A DNA stretch of 64,000 bases from an uncultured Methanomicrobiales archaeon (GCA_963758915.1 CAVWXH010000003.1:96001-160000), one strand, 5' to 3'; shown: positions 9,962 to 20,267, counted from the stretch's first letter. A program made the numbers and translations. Notes: generated by a model not told the origin, from the letters alone.

Positions 9962-11749
9962 GTGTCAGCCGCCAACTTTTTTTCGGGAATTACAAAAAGG
10001 CTCTCATTTGAGAGATGTTTTCTTTTAGTAATCATCCTCGCAATCATACTTCGGTTCGCATTCCTGGACCTGAAGCTGTTACACCATGACGAGGCAATTC
10101 ACGCATGGTTTGCGTACGAACTCGTGACAAAAGGGGTGTATAGCTATGACCCGATGTATCATGGCCCGTTGCTCTATTACCTGACCGCCGGCATGTACTG
10201 GCTGTTTGGCCAGTCGGACCTTATCGCCCGGTTCCTTCCCGCCCTGTTCGGTACGCTCCTCGTACCGCTTATTTATTTTATTTACCGGCTCGGGTACCTT
10301 GACAAGAGGCAGGCACTTGTCGCCGCGTTATTCGTTGCAATTTCTCCTGACCTGGTCTATTTCTCCAGGTTTCTCAGGCATGACATATTTCAGCTCTTCT
10401 TTACTCTCCTGATCCTTGTTGCCCTGCTCTATTACCTGAATTCAGGCAAGCTACGGTACGCGCTTCTGGCGGGGATAGGGGTCGCCGGGGGGATGGGCCT
10501 TAAGGAAGATATGCCGCTCTTCCTCCTGGTCTTCCTGGTATTCGGGCTTTACCTTCTTGCCAGTAAAAAAATTGTGCTGCCCAAAAACTGGAAACGGGAC
10601 GCTATCCTCGGTATCCTTCTTGCGGTGGCAATTCTCACGCTCCTGTATTCATCATTCGGGATGCATTACGAGATTCTTGAAACGGGACTGATGAAGGCAT
10701 GGAACCACTGGACTGCGATGCATGGGCAGTGCCGGATATGCGGGCCCTGGTTCTTCTATATCCTCCTGTTCCTGCTTTACGAGGTCCCCATCATTATCTT
10801 TGCGATCGTTGGTATCGTCCAGTTTGCAGGGAAAGGGGGCAGGCTGAAAAACTCATTTAAAAGATTAACCGGGTATTTCAACCGGTTTAAGAAACAGCCA
10901 GAGCCGGAATCATCCACTCATTACCTCGCAGGGGTGAGTATCAGGCAGCTGGAAAGCAGGAGGGCCACGCCGGTCCTTAAAGACAAGAGGGATGATTTTT
11001 TCGTATTCTGCCTGTTCTGGCTGGTTATTTCACTTGCAGCCTATGCGTATATAGGGGAGAAAGTGCCCTGGCTGATCATCCACCAGTTGTTACCGATGAT
11101 CTTTATCGCCGTCTACATGATGACGAAGAAGAAGATGGTCATCGCGCTTATTACGTGTATATTCCTCATTGTCATGACATGGCATGTCGCATTTGTTCCC
11201 GCAGATGTAAACGAGCCGATCGTACAGGTGCAGAACTCAGAGGATGTACGGACTATCTTAAAAATTATTGATGCTTCAGATATCGTTATGATCGCATCGA
11301 AAGATTACTGGCCGCTCCCATGGTACAATCGCGGGCATGGCTGGGATAAGATACGGTTCTACGGTGAGATCCTCAATACCGATGAGATCTACCGGCAATT
11401 GCCTGACATGGTCATCACCCATGACCTTGAGAGCTATCCGGAACTGGAGGGATATCATAAAAGGACGTACAAGCTCTCATACTGGTTCTCAATCGTTGAT
11501 AACCAGAACCGTATACCGGAGTATTACTTCAAACGTGATGGCCAGATGGGAAGTATAAACCTTGATATTTTCACCCGGATCGGGACAACAGCAGATGATG
11601 TAATGATGAATGGACCAGTAAGCGGGGGCAGCAGCTGGGACTTCGCATTATCAAGCGGCACCGGGATCCAGAAAGGAACCCCGGTTCCACTGGTATTTCC
11701 AAATCCCTTTTCCAATCTGACCAAGGTATCGAACAGTTCGCGTGGTTAG
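9962..11749 (+). CDS. GT-C superfamily polytopic glycosyltransferase (PMT-like, Agl23/TIGR03663-type)
   Basis: LHHDEAIH, YDPMYHGP, YFSRFLRHD, KED, EKVPWL and WPLPWY motifs; many TM helices. Confidence 0.8.
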   Translation: MSAANFFSGITKRLSFERCFLLVIILAIILRFAFLDLKLLHHDEAIHAWFAYELVTKGVYSYDPMYHGPLLYYLTAGMYWLFGQSDLIARFLPALFGTLLVPLIYFIYRLGYLDKRQALVAALFVAISPDLVYFSRFLRHDIFQLFFTLLILVALLYYLNSGKLRYALLAGIGVAGGMGLKEDMPLFLLVFLVFGLYLLASKKIVLPKNWKRDAILGILLAVAILTLLYSSFGMHYEILETGLMKAWNHWTAMHGQCRICGPWFFYILLFLLYEVPIIIFAIVGIVQFAGKGGRLKNSFKRLTGYFNRFKKQPEPESSTHYLAGVSIRQLESRRATPVLKDKRDDFFVFCLFWLVISLAAYAYIGEKVPWLIIHQLLPMIFIAVYMMTKKKMVIALITCIFLIVMTWHVAFVPADVNEPIVQVQNSEDVRTILKIIDASDIVMIASKDYWPLPWYNRGHGWDKIRFYGEILNTDEIYRQLPDMVITHDLESYPELEGYHKRTYKLSYWFSIVDNQNRIPEYYFKRDGQMGSINLDIFTRIGTTADDVMMNGPVSGGSSWDFALSSGTGIQKGTPVPLVFPNPFSNLTKVSNSSRG

Positions 11750-11865
11750 TCTTTTTTTCCTTACAGGGCGGTCCGGATATTGCCGGGTTCCTTTTTCCGA
11801 GTATTGCAACGAGTTGGAATTCAGGCATATATAAAACCCTCTCAATCTATTTTGACCAGTAATTG

Positions 11866-11917
11866 GCTCTGTAAGAAACACACATGAACTTTCTGTTCAG
11901 TTGTGTTTCAACAGAGC
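11866..11917. mobile_element. Short (52 bp) TIR-bounded MITE-like element, copy M1
   Basis: GCTCTGTAAGAAAC...GTTTCAACAGAGC inverted ends; core GAAACACACATGAAC matches the reverse complement of copy M3 (34310-34360). Confidence 0.65.
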
Positions 11918-12001
11918 GTGCAATTGAGCATCTTAGCTCAAAGATGAGCATTAAAATAGGTGGCCTTTCAGATCGTTTTGCCGGAGTTTTTCATACCAGC
12001 C
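11918..12001 (+). repeat. Dispersed ~80-bp hairpin module 'A', copy 1
   Basis: GTGCAATTGAGC-TCTTA-like loop-GCTCAAAGATGAGCAT...GCCGGAGTTTTTCATACCAGC; similar to 25012, 34361 and 62652. Confidence 0.75.
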
Positions 12002-12073
12002 TAATCTTTCAATAGTTTCTGCAAGGCCAGTTATTCAGAAAAATAGATGTAAAGTGTTTCCCGGGGCCGGTAT

Positions 12074-13249
12074 CTACGCAAGCTCATCCCAATCAGACTG
12101 CCTGCGGCGATAGAGAATGATTCCAATTACAACGACAACCGCAATAACTGCAATTATAGCGATATAGATGAGGATGCTCCCAAGTCCGCTGGCCGCACCT
12201 CCAAAAATTCCGCCGATCCCTTTTGATACAGAATCCAGCGGGTTTGCCTCACCAACGTCCTTTCTTAATGCAAGGGCCGCATTATAACTTTGTGTTGCCA
12301 TATCTGAAGACTGTAACGCCTTATCCTTTGCACCTGAAAAATCGTTTTTCGGCAGGAGGTCGTTTGCTTCCGATAACAGGTCTGCTGCCCTGTCGCGCTT
12401 CTGGATGATCGGGGCAAGTCGCGGATCATTTCCCATGCTCCGGTTCACTTTGAAGTAAGTAATGAGGTCATCTGTCTGGTCAATTGGCGTTTGTGCCTCG
12501 TTAATAACCTGCTGTGCCATTGCCCTGTCAAGTGCCTTCTGACCGTCTTTAAGCAGTGCCTGCGCATTATTCATGTAGGTCTGGGCTGCTGCAAATGAGG
12601 TGGATTTCTCGGCATTCTGAATTGCAGCATTTGCAGCAGAATATTTCTCCATCGCTGCTGTTGTTTCAATTCCCTTCTCTGCCTCTTCGTCAATTGATGC
12701 CCGGAATGCAGCGAGTGCGGTTTTTACATCAGATATTGCCTTGGTTTTATCAGCAGGATTTATGACATAACGTTCCCTGACCACTTCACTGGCTGCTATC
12801 GATTCAGACTTGCCACTCAGTTCAGCGACCTTGATAATGGTTTTGTTACCTGATGCCGTCACCTTGGGTACTTCCCCATTCAGGGTAACACGCATAGACA
12901 AGTCCCTTTTTGAAGGATACGAGAGAACCCACCCGTTGATATTTAAATTTCGCCCGTTGGCAGTAACAGCTGGATTCGGATTGCCATCGAGGGAGGTGAT
13001 ATATGACCATTGCCCGTTTTCAAGGTCAGTTGACATCGTGAGAGTCTCCTCACTCGGGAACGTTTCGCCTCCTGTAGGATTAAAATCTATAACAAAAGTT
13101 ACCGTAACAGGATTTGGCGGGGTCTGGCCCGAAACAAGGTCCCCGGTCGGGGTAATTGCAATGTTTTTTACACTTATCGACGCAGATGCAACAGCAATTC
13201 CTGCAATAAGAATTATCAGGACAATAAGGATTGTCTTCAATGTACTCAT
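12074..13249 (-). CDS. Secreted, C-terminally membrane-anchored hypothetical protein (beta domain plus long helical region)
   Basis: N-terminal signal peptide, Ala-rich helical segment, C-terminal TM and short tail RRRQSDWDELA; 12 bp downstream of cetZ. Confidence 0.75.
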   Translation of the reverse strand: MSTLKTILIVLIILIAGIAVASASISVKNIAITPTGDLVSGQTPPNPVTVTFVIDFNPTGGETFPSEETLTMSTDLENGQWSYITSLDGNPNPAVTANGRNLNINGWVLSYPSKRDLSMRVTLNGEVPKVTASGNKTIIKVAELSGKSESIAASEVVRERYVINPADKTKAISDVKTALAAFRASIDEEAEKGIETTAAMEKYSAANAAIQNAEKSTSFAAAQTYMNNAQALLKDGQKALDRAMAQQVINEAQTPIDQTDDLITYFKVNRSMGNDPRLAPIIQKRDRAADLLSEANDLLPKNDFSGAKDKALQSSDMATQSYNAALALRKDVGEANPLDSVSKGIGGIFGGAASGLGSILIYIAIIAVIAVVVVIGIILYRRRQSDWDELA

Positions 13250-13261
13250 ATAATGCGGCCC

Positions 13262-14446
13262 TCACTCAAACAGCGGTTCAATTGACTCCTGCTCGAACAT
13301 TGTTGATTTTTGACCCCTGTCAGGTTTATATACATCATCTTTCGTCTCTTTGGCAATTTCAAGGAGTTCCCTGATGCGTGGTGCGTTCCCAATACTGGCA
13401 AGCACAACCACAACAGCAACATATTCACTGTTTACCGGGTAGTCTCCACCACGGACTTCGACCCCGGCAATGTTCTCTTCCACCCAGCTCTTCGCCTTCT
13501 CGATCCCTTTCCTGTCGAGCTCATTCGGGGGCCCGGCTACGAGGACAAGGGCCCTTTCAGCGGTTGAGAAATCACAGGGAAGCGTAAGCCTGCCGAGCAT
13601 CGCCCGTCTCACAAGCGATATGACCTTCGCTGTCCTGTCCTCACCCAGAAGACCTTCTTCTACATTGTCCTTCCGAATAATTGTGTCTCTGATAGTGGTG
13701 ATAAATGCTCCGACATTATTCTGTTTCTTTTTCGAAGATACACTGCTGATTGCGTACCCGACAGAGGTGATACCCCCGCCCCGCAGTGTATTAATAATCT
13801 CGCTGGAATCGACAACCATCTCACCGACACCAAATTTCCCGGGTTCGCCTGCACGGAAGAGAATCCCGAAACGGCGTACAATTTCATCGTTTAACCGTTG
13901 AAATGCACTTTTAACGCTTTCACCCTCGTTTTTCCAGGCCGAATTATCAAAGAGGAAGGTATTGTCAGCTTCGTTGATGATCGTCTTTAAGCTCCTTGCA
14001 GCATTGTATGAATAGAGCCTCCCTTCTTCGGGGGCCGGCAGGATGCCGAGGACATATACCGGTTCCTGGTAAATTTTTTTCAGCTCTCGCGCAAGAACGG
14101 GGGTGCCGCCCGATCCGGTACCACCACCAAGCCCTGCAACGATCATGAAGGCGTCCACATCATGTGTGCCCACACGGTCGATGGCGCTCATGATACCGTC
14201 AACCTCATCAAGGGTAATCTTCGCGCCTGCGGCATTATCCGTCCCGACACCATGGCCTTTCACGACGGTCTGGCCGATCAGTATACGGTCACGCATGGGG
14301 ATTGTCTTTAACCCCATCAGGTCAGTCCGTGCGGTATTGACAACAATTCCCCTGAAACTTTTCGTGCCGAGCCGGTTGTCCTGGGAGAGGAACATATCCA
14401 CGATCTTTCCTCCCGCCTGTCCAAACCCGATGAAAAATATCTTCAT
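13262..14446 (-). CDS. cetZ: Tubulin/FtsZ family protein CetZ
   Basis: GFGQAGGKIVD, VNTARTDL, GHGVG, GGGTGSGG tubulin signature, MVVDSSEIINTL, GRLTLPC and EVRGGDYP, all CetZ-like. Confidence 0.9.
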   Translation of the reverse strand: MKIFFIGFGQAGGKIVDMFLSQDNRLGTKSFRGIVVNTARTDLMGLKTIPMRDRILIGQTVVKGHGVGTDNAAGAKITLDEVDGIMSAIDRVGTHDVDAFMIVAGLGGGTGSGGTPVLARELKKIYQEPVYVLGILPAPEEGRLYSYNAARSLKTIINEADNTFLFDNSAWKNEGESVKSAFQRLNDEIVRRFGILFRAGEPGKFGVGEMVVDSSEIINTLRGGGITSVGYAISSVSSKKKQNNVGAFITTIRDTIIRKDNVEEGLLGEDRTAKVISLVRRAMLGRLTLPCDFSTAERALVLVAGPPNELDRKGIEKAKSWVEENIAGVEVRGGDYPVNSEYVAVVVVLASIGNAPRIRELLEIAKETKDDVYKPDRGQKSTMFEQESIEPLFE

Positions 14447-14665
14447 GAAATGACTCCCGGCAGCCTGATTATGACTTATATTATCAGTTTTATCTCCTAA
14501 GAACTTATCTGTCCGGAGTTCAAATACTTTCTTATAACCCCGAACTGCCGGGGCCGCTATTTTGTCGATAGTCAGGGGCGGAGCCTTTTTTATCCTGCGT
14601 TTTGTTAATACTATAGGGAGAATGATCAGTCAGGAACCAGCTGTTCCTGGCATATCAGCAATACC

Positions 14666-15895
14666 ATGAAGATCTGTATCATTGGTGGAGGACTGACCGG
14701 CCTTACAGCGGCGTACGCGCTCTCCGGCCGGCACGATATCGATCTTTTTGAAAAGACCTCCACACCAGGCGGCTGCCTCTCCTCGTACCAGGTCGGGAAT
14801 TACTGGATCGAGAAATATTACCACCACTGCTTTTCAGGAGACCGGGCACTTATCTCATTGTTTGGCAAGCTGGGCCTGGCAGACAACCTTGAATGGAGAA
14901 GCGGGACAACAGGATATTATGCCAGCGGGAAGATTTACCCCCTGACGACCCCGTCCGAGATCCTCCGTTACCCGGAGCTGGGCCTGGCAGACAAGGTTCG
15001 GCTTGCATTGCTTACCATGAAGGCAAAAAATATGGATACGCTGCCTCTCGACTCGGTGACCGCAGAAGATTTCATCCTTATGCATGTCGGGAAACGGGTG
15101 TATACTTCATTTTTCGAACCATTGCTCCGCAGCAAGTTTGGGGAACGCCGGTCGGAAGTTTCTGCCGCCTGGCTGATCAGCCGGATCAAAATCAGGTCTG
15201 ACCGGGGCGTCTCCGGTGAACGGCTTGGATACCTGAACGGGGGCTTCCACCTCCTTGTTGATTCGCTTGTGTCTACTATTTCCGCACGGGGAACCCGGGT
15301 TATGTATAACGTACCTGCGACAACGCTGGTAAAAAACGGGGACACCTGGAGTGTTAATGGTACGAAGTACGATGCAGTTATCTCGACAATACCGCCAGGC
15401 CAGCTCCAGCAGATGGGAGGGCCGGATTTGCCGGAAATTCCCTACCAGGGTGCAGCCTGCATGACGATCGGGCTCGACCGTGATGTTGCTGAAAATATTT
15501 ACTGGCTCAATATGAAAGACGATGCCCCATATGGGGCCGTTGTTTCCCATACAAATTTTATCCCTCTGAAACGATACGGGGAACATGTAGTGTACCTCGC
15601 ATCATATTTTTCAGGAACAATCAGGCCTGGCCTGGACAAGGTAATGATCGGGGACTTCTGCAGGAGATTTTCCATTCCGAAAGAGGCAGTCTACTGGCAT
15701 AAACTTGCCGTTGACCCATTTGCCGGACCTGTCTATACAACAGGGTTCCGCCGTTTAATCCCATCATACGGTGAAATGGGGCTTTACATGGCAGGAATGT
15801 TTTCGGCCGCAAATTATCCTGAGCGGAGTATGGAAGGGTCAGTCCAGGCCGGGTTCGGCGTTGCAGGCGTGGTTGACCCCGAGGTCCGGGAATGA
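14666..15895 (+). CDS. FAD-dependent oxidoreductase (amine oxidase/protoporphyrinogen oxidase-like)
   Basis: GGGLTGL Rossmann motif, EKYYHH and YPERSMEGSV; first gene of an overlapping operon. Confidence 0.85.
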   Translation: MKICIIGGGLTGLTAAYALSGRHDIDLFEKTSTPGGCLSSYQVGNYWIEKYYHHCFSGDRALISLFGKLGLADNLEWRSGTTGYYASGKIYPLTTPSEILRYPELGLADKVRLALLTMKAKNMDTLPLDSVTAEDFILMHVGKRVYTSFFEPLLRSKFGERRSEVSAAWLISRIKIRSDRGVSGERLGYLNGGFHLLVDSLVSTISARGTRVMYNVPATTLVKNGDTWSVNGTKYDAVISTIPPGQLQQMGGPDLPEIPYQGAACMTIGLDRDVAENIYWLNMKDDAPYGAVVSHTNFIPLKRYGEHVVYLASYFSGTIRPGLDKVMIGDFCRRFSIPKEAVYWHKLAVDPFAGPVYTTGFRRLIPSYGEMGLYMAGMFSAANYPERSMEGSVQAGFGVAGVVDPEVRE

Positions 15896-16608
15896 CTGCC
15901 CCTGCCATTGCTGCCGTGATACCGGTATATAATGACCGGAAGGCACTGGAAAGTGCAATCCCGGTTTCCCTTCAATACCTTGGAGAGATTACACCGGATT
16001 TTGAACTGATCATCGCCGAGGATGGCAGCACGGACGGTAGTGCAGAGCTGGTAATGGAAGCCGGCAGCAGGGACCCACGGGTCCGCCTCCTTCATAGTGA
16101 TGAGCGTCTTGGACGGGGGAGAGCATTGAACCGTGCGTTTCGTGAGACTTCTGCACCGATTGTCCTTTATTATGATGTAGACCTGGCCACCAGTATGGAG
16201 CACCTGCGTGAACTGGTAAGTTCAATACAGGAGGGTTATGATATCGCAACAGGGTCAAGACTACTCCCGGACAGCCGGATCAGGCGGACAGGCGGGAGGG
16301 AATTTGCCAGCAGGGGATATAATTTCCTGGTCAGAACAATCCTTTGGAGCAGGATTCACGACCACCAGTGCGGGTTCAAGTCATTCCGCCGTGAACGGGT
16401 TCTTCTGCTAGCAGAAAATGTCAGGGAACGTCACTGGTTCTGGGATACCGAGATCCTGGTCAGGGCCCAGCAGAAAGGCTACCGGATAAAAGAGTTCCCG
16501 GTGCACTGGGAGCAGGGGCCTGGCACAACGGTCCGCAAAAGTGATGTGACAGGTATGGGACTCTCGGTAGTGCGGTTGTGGTGGCGGCTCCATGTTCAGA
16601 AAAATTAG
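15892..16608 (+). CDS. GT2 dolichyl-phosphate glycosyltransferase
   Basis: VIPVYN, EDGSTDGS, YYDVDL, GSR, DHQCGFK and WFWDTEIL. Confidence 0.9.
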   Translation: MTAPAIAAVIPVYNDRKALESAIPVSLQYLGEITPDFELIIAEDGSTDGSAELVMEAGSRDPRVRLLHSDERLGRGRALNRAFRETSAPIVLYYDVDLATSMEHLRELVSSIQEGYDIATGSRLLPDSRIRRTGGREFASRGYNFLVRTILWSRIHDHQCGFKSFRRERVLLLAENVRERHWFWDTEILVRAQQKGYRIKEFPVHWEQGPGTTVRKSDVTGMGLSVVRLWWRLHVQKN

Positions 16609-17569
16609 TGCGATTGTTATTCCCACGCTTATTGCCGCCGGGATTATTATCTACATGCTACTTTCGGTATGGGATGAGTTGCTGGTGGCTCTCCGGCACG
16701 TGGTTCCGCTTTACATTGTTCCGGCAGTGCTCGTCTGCCTGCTGGCATGGATATTACGTGGTGCCCGGTACATGGGCATCCTCAGGAGCCTGCAGGTGAA
16801 GGCAGGGATGCTTGTTTCCACGGCCTGCATATTTGTTTCCCAGACTGCAAACCTCGTGGTCCCGGCCCGGCTCGGTGACCTTGTCAGGATTTTCATCCTG
16901 AAGCATGAGTATGACACATCAGTATCTACGGGAATCTCTTCCCTCGTAGTAGAGAGGCTTTTTGATATCATCATGGTCGCACTCCTTGGGGTTCTCATGC
17001 TCCCCTTTGTCCTGAATGTGCCACAATGGTTTTACATTGTAATTGTAGCCCCGCTCATTATCGGGGCAGTATTCATGGTCGTCCTGGTCGCCCTGGGAAG
17101 GGTTAAATCAGAAAATAAATATATCCGGCTTGTCCTGAACATGCTGGAGGAGGTACGGAAAGCCTCGCTCAGTGCAAGGTCACTCCTCCAGTTCTCCATA
17201 TTATCGGTCGTTATCTGGCTCCTGGATATTGGCGTATGTATTTTTGTGGCGTACATGTTTGGACAGAACATCGGGTTGCCGGTTGTAATACTTGCGATTG
17301 TCATCGGTAACCTCGTGAAAGCCGTTCCGCTGACACCTGGTGGTGTAGGTACCTATGAACTTGCCGTGGCTCTTGTCCTGCAACTGTCGGGAGTGGAGCC
17401 GGCCCTGGCATTCCTCATTGCCGTTACAGATCACCTGATTAAGAACCTGGTCACAATAATCGGCGGGGTTATTTCAATCTATTATCTTGGAGACTGGGTA
17501 CTCTCAACAATCAAATCTGCTTTCAACAAGGAACTTGGAGAAGGGGTGGATGGAAATTCCAGGCGCTGA
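16592..17569 (+). CDS. UPF0104 / lysylphosphatidylglycerol-synthase-TM (flippase-like) membrane protein
   Basis: ANLVVPARLGDLVR, ERLFD and PLTPGGVGTYE motifs. Confidence 0.85.
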   Translation: MFRKISAIVIPTLIAAGIIIYMLLSVWDELLVALRHVVPLYIVPAVLVCLLAWILRGARYMGILRSLQVKAGMLVSTACIFVSQTANLVVPARLGDLVRIFILKHEYDTSVSTGISSLVVERLFDIIMVALLGVLMLPFVLNVPQWFYIVIVAPLIIGAVFMVVLVALGRVKSENKYIRLVLNMLEEVRKASLSARSLLQFSILSVVIWLLDIGVCIFVAYMFGQNIGLPVVILAIVIGNLVKAVPLTPGGVGTYELAVALVLQLSGVEPALAFLIAVTDHLIKNLVTIIGGVISIYYLGDWVLSTIKSAFNKELGEGVDGNSRR

Positions 17570-19691
17570 TATACAGGTCCTGTCGGTAATCTCGTGGCTG
17601 CTCATCCTCACCGTACTCCAGCTCTCACTCTGGCCGTACCTGAAAAAAGCGATCGGGGACCTTGCTTTTCCCGTGGCATTCCCTGCATCCGTTTTACTAT
17701 TCACCTTTATTTCATGGTATTGCGGACTGGTTCAGATCCCTGTATATCTCACAATGGTCCCGTTTATCATCCTGCTTCTCGTTGCCCTGTATCGCGGGGA
17801 GTATTCCTTGAACGGACTTAAAGGGGAGTGTAAATGGGAGTTCCTGTTCCTGGTCTGTTTCCTGTTCATGCTTAATGTAAGGTTTGTGAACCCTTCGATC
17901 TCCTTTGCCGAGAAATTCATGGACCATGGGTTCATCGCCTCGGTTATGCGTGACCCGGTTGTGCCGCCACTTGATCCGTGGTTCTCCGGCGGGTACATGA
18001 ATGTTTATTATTACCTCGGTTACTGGGCGATCGGGGCCCTTGGGGTTGTAAGCGGGGCACCATCGAATATCGTGTTCAACCTTGCACTCCCGACCGTCTT
18101 CGCACTCTCCGCAGTCACCATGTATGCCCTCGGCCACCTGCTCCTTGAACGATTCAGGTGGCTCCCGCTCGCGACGTTCCTTATTGTCAACCCCTCCTTT
18201 GTATTCGAGGCCGTCCGGGGAACCGCCGCCGGATCGCTCTTCTGGAACAGTACCAGGACGATTCCGGACGCGATCAATGAGTTCCCGCTTTTTTCACTCC
18301 TCTGGGGTGATGTCCACCCCCACCTCATCGGCATGTTCAACCAGGTTTTTTTCATATTCCTCCTGGTATTTTCATTGAAGCGGTGGGGGAGTCTAACCTG
18401 CCAGGGACGCTGGTGTGTAATCGGATTGGCCGCCCTTTCACTCGGTGCCATGCCACTGATCAATACCTGGGACATCCTCCTGTATGCACCGTTCATGGTT
18501 GTTATCGGGGCGTTGATCTGGTACGTGACGATTCACCCGGGAGGTATCAGTGTCACCAATGGAATAGCAGGGGTTGTGGGAAAACTGTCCTTCTGGTTCC
18601 ATTCTACGCTGAAGTGCATAGTGGATGCAATCAGGGAATGCATTGCACAGCTCATAAAATCCCCTGGGCAGATTGCTGACAACCCCTGGGGATTCCTCTT
18701 CATCGTCCCGCCCCTCTCCGTGCTGTTATGGATCCCGTTCTACTTCCAGCTGAACACGCAGGGTATCCAGGGAATCGGATTTGTGGTATCCCCCACGGGT
18801 CTGCCAGAGTTCCTGCTGGTCCACGGTATTTTTCTCCTGATATTTATCGCCTACCTGTGGAGAGATATCATAAAGCGGCCCTGGCTCATCCTTTTTGTCC
18901 TTCCATTTGCTCTTGCCGGTTATCTTTCCGCAGCGGTCGCGCTTGTCCCACTCGTCTACCTTGTCGCACGCTGGAGACCAGAACCCGTGGAAATCCTCGC
19001 AATCGCAGGGCTCGTAATCATCATCTTCTGCGAATTTTTCTACCTTAAGGACAACATGGGGGACGTTTATTACCGTATGAATACCGTGTTCAAGTTCTAT
19101 TTTGCAGCCTGGCTCCTGCTCGGGGCATCGGGGTTTGCGATGGTTGGAATAATGCTTGCCAGGTGGGTCCGGCCATACACTATCCCCCTGCATGCCCGGT
19201 ATATCCTGGCCTTTGTTCTGGGGGTCGGATTTATCCTCCTGCCGCTGGTCATACCAGCCACCATGATCGAAGGCCCGAGGTCCCTTGACGGTCTTGCCTA
19301 CATTGATTCCAGCCATCCGGGTGATGCAGCGGCTGTGGCATGGCTTCGTTCCCTGCCGGGCAATATAACCATTGTAGAGGCTGAAAATGGCGATTATACC
19401 TACTATTCACGGATCTCTTCTTTTACCGGAATACCGACTATTATAGGCTGGCCATTCCACGAGTTTATGTGGCGCGGTGACACGTCGGGATGGTATGGTA
19501 CCCGGATGAATGATGTCAGATCGATCTATGAAAACCCGGAAGATACAGTGACACTGATGAAGAAATATAATGCCACGTTGCTATATGTCGGTGATTCAGA
19601 ACGGGCACGGTATCATGTTGACCTTGATTCCGCGGATATCGTCCCGGTATATGACCGGGATGGTGTGAAGATCTACACACCCCGTTCGTAA
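17550..19691 (+). CDS. DUF2298 (Chlor_Arch_YYY) GT-C-like membrane protein
   Basis: AEKFMD, PPLDPWFSGG..NVYYYLG, INEFPLFS..GDVHPH, RMNTVFKFY and SSFTGIPTIIGW. Confidence 0.85.
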   Translation: MEIPGADIQVLSVISWLLILTVLQLSLWPYLKKAIGDLAFPVAFPASVLLFTFISWYCGLVQIPVYLTMVPFIILLLVALYRGEYSLNGLKGECKWEFLFLVCFLFMLNVRFVNPSISFAEKFMDHGFIASVMRDPVVPPLDPWFSGGYMNVYYYLGYWAIGALGVVSGAPSNIVFNLALPTVFALSAVTMYALGHLLLERFRWLPLATFLIVNPSFVFEAVRGTAAGSLFWNSTRTIPDAINEFPLFSLLWGDVHPHLIGMFNQVFFIFLLVFSLKRWGSLTCQGRWCVIGLAALSLGAMPLINTWDILLYAPFMVVIGALIWYVTIHPGGISVTNGIAGVVGKLSFWFHSTLKCIVDAIRECIAQLIKSPGQIADNPWGFLFIVPPLSVLLWIPFYFQLNTQGIQGIGFVVSPTGLPEFLLVHGIFLLIFIAYLWRDIIKRPWLILFVLPFALAGYLSAAVALVPLVYLVARWRPEPVEILAIAGLVIIIFCEFFYLKDNMGDVYYRMNTVFKFYFAAWLLLGASGFAMVGIMLARWVRPYTIPLHARYILAFVLGVGFILLPLVIPATMIEGPRSLDGLAYIDSSHPGDAAAVAWLRSLPGNITIVEAENGDYTYYSRISSFTGIPTIIGWPFHEFMWRGDTSGWYGTRMNDVRSIYENPEDTVTLMKKYNATLLYVGDSERARYHVDLDSADIVPVYDRDGVKIYTPRS

Positions 19692-19834
19692 ATTCCCGGG
19701 CATGCTGATGAATCTTGGGGAGGAGGGAAAATGTGCAGGTCCCACGGAAAAGGAAAGCGCTGGCCCGGTGAAAATAAGTGCCCGGGCCCATGATAACAAA
19801 CCTTTATTGCCACTCCTGTTAAAATAATATGGCT

Positions 19835-19891
19835 ACATCGTCGCTGACTGATGAGTGATGAGGGAGACGCTACTCCTGAATGAGGTGAGTT
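19835..19891 (+). promoter_or_regulatory. rpl7ae 5' leader with kink-turn motif(s) (likely L7Ae autoregulation)
   Basis: CTGACTGATGAGTGATGA-GGGAG-acgcta-CTCCTGA-ATGAGGTGAG: box C/D-like UGAUGA/CUGA with tandem GA pairs next to the SD. Confidence 0.7.
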
Positions 19892-20260
19892 ATGGCAAAC
19901 GCATTTGTGAAATTCCAGGTACCTGAAGAGATTCAGAATAAGGCGCTTGAGGCGCTCGAGATCGCAAGAGACACAGGGAAGATCAAGAAGGGTTCAAACG
20001 AGGCCACGAAAGCCATCGAGAGAAGCATTGCAACCCTTGTGCTGATTGGCGCAGACGTGGAACCAGCCGAGATCGTGATGCACCTCGGACCACTCTGTGA
20101 TGAGAAAAAAATCCCCTACCTGTATATCAATAAGCAGAATGACCTCGGTGCTGCAAGCGGTCTCGATGTCGGCTCTGCTGCTGCTGCAATTGTAAAGCCC
20201 GGAAAGGCGAAGGAAATTATTGACGATATCGTTAAACAGGTCACTGACCTGAGAGCGTGA
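19892..20260 (+). CDS. rpl7ae: 50S ribosomal protein L7Ae
   Basis: [34 protein letters not shown]. Confidence 0.97.
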   Translation: MANAFVKFQVPEEIQNKALEALEIARDTGKIKKGSNEATKAIERSIATLVLIGADVEPAEIVMHLGPLCDEKKIPYLYINKQNDLGAASGLDVGSAAAAIVKPGKAKEIIDDIVKQVTDLRA

Positions 20261-20267
20261 GGATATT

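Noticed and set aside
11866-12001. CRISPR repeat
   Set aside because: Copies are dispersed, not arrayed with unique spacers; no cas genes.
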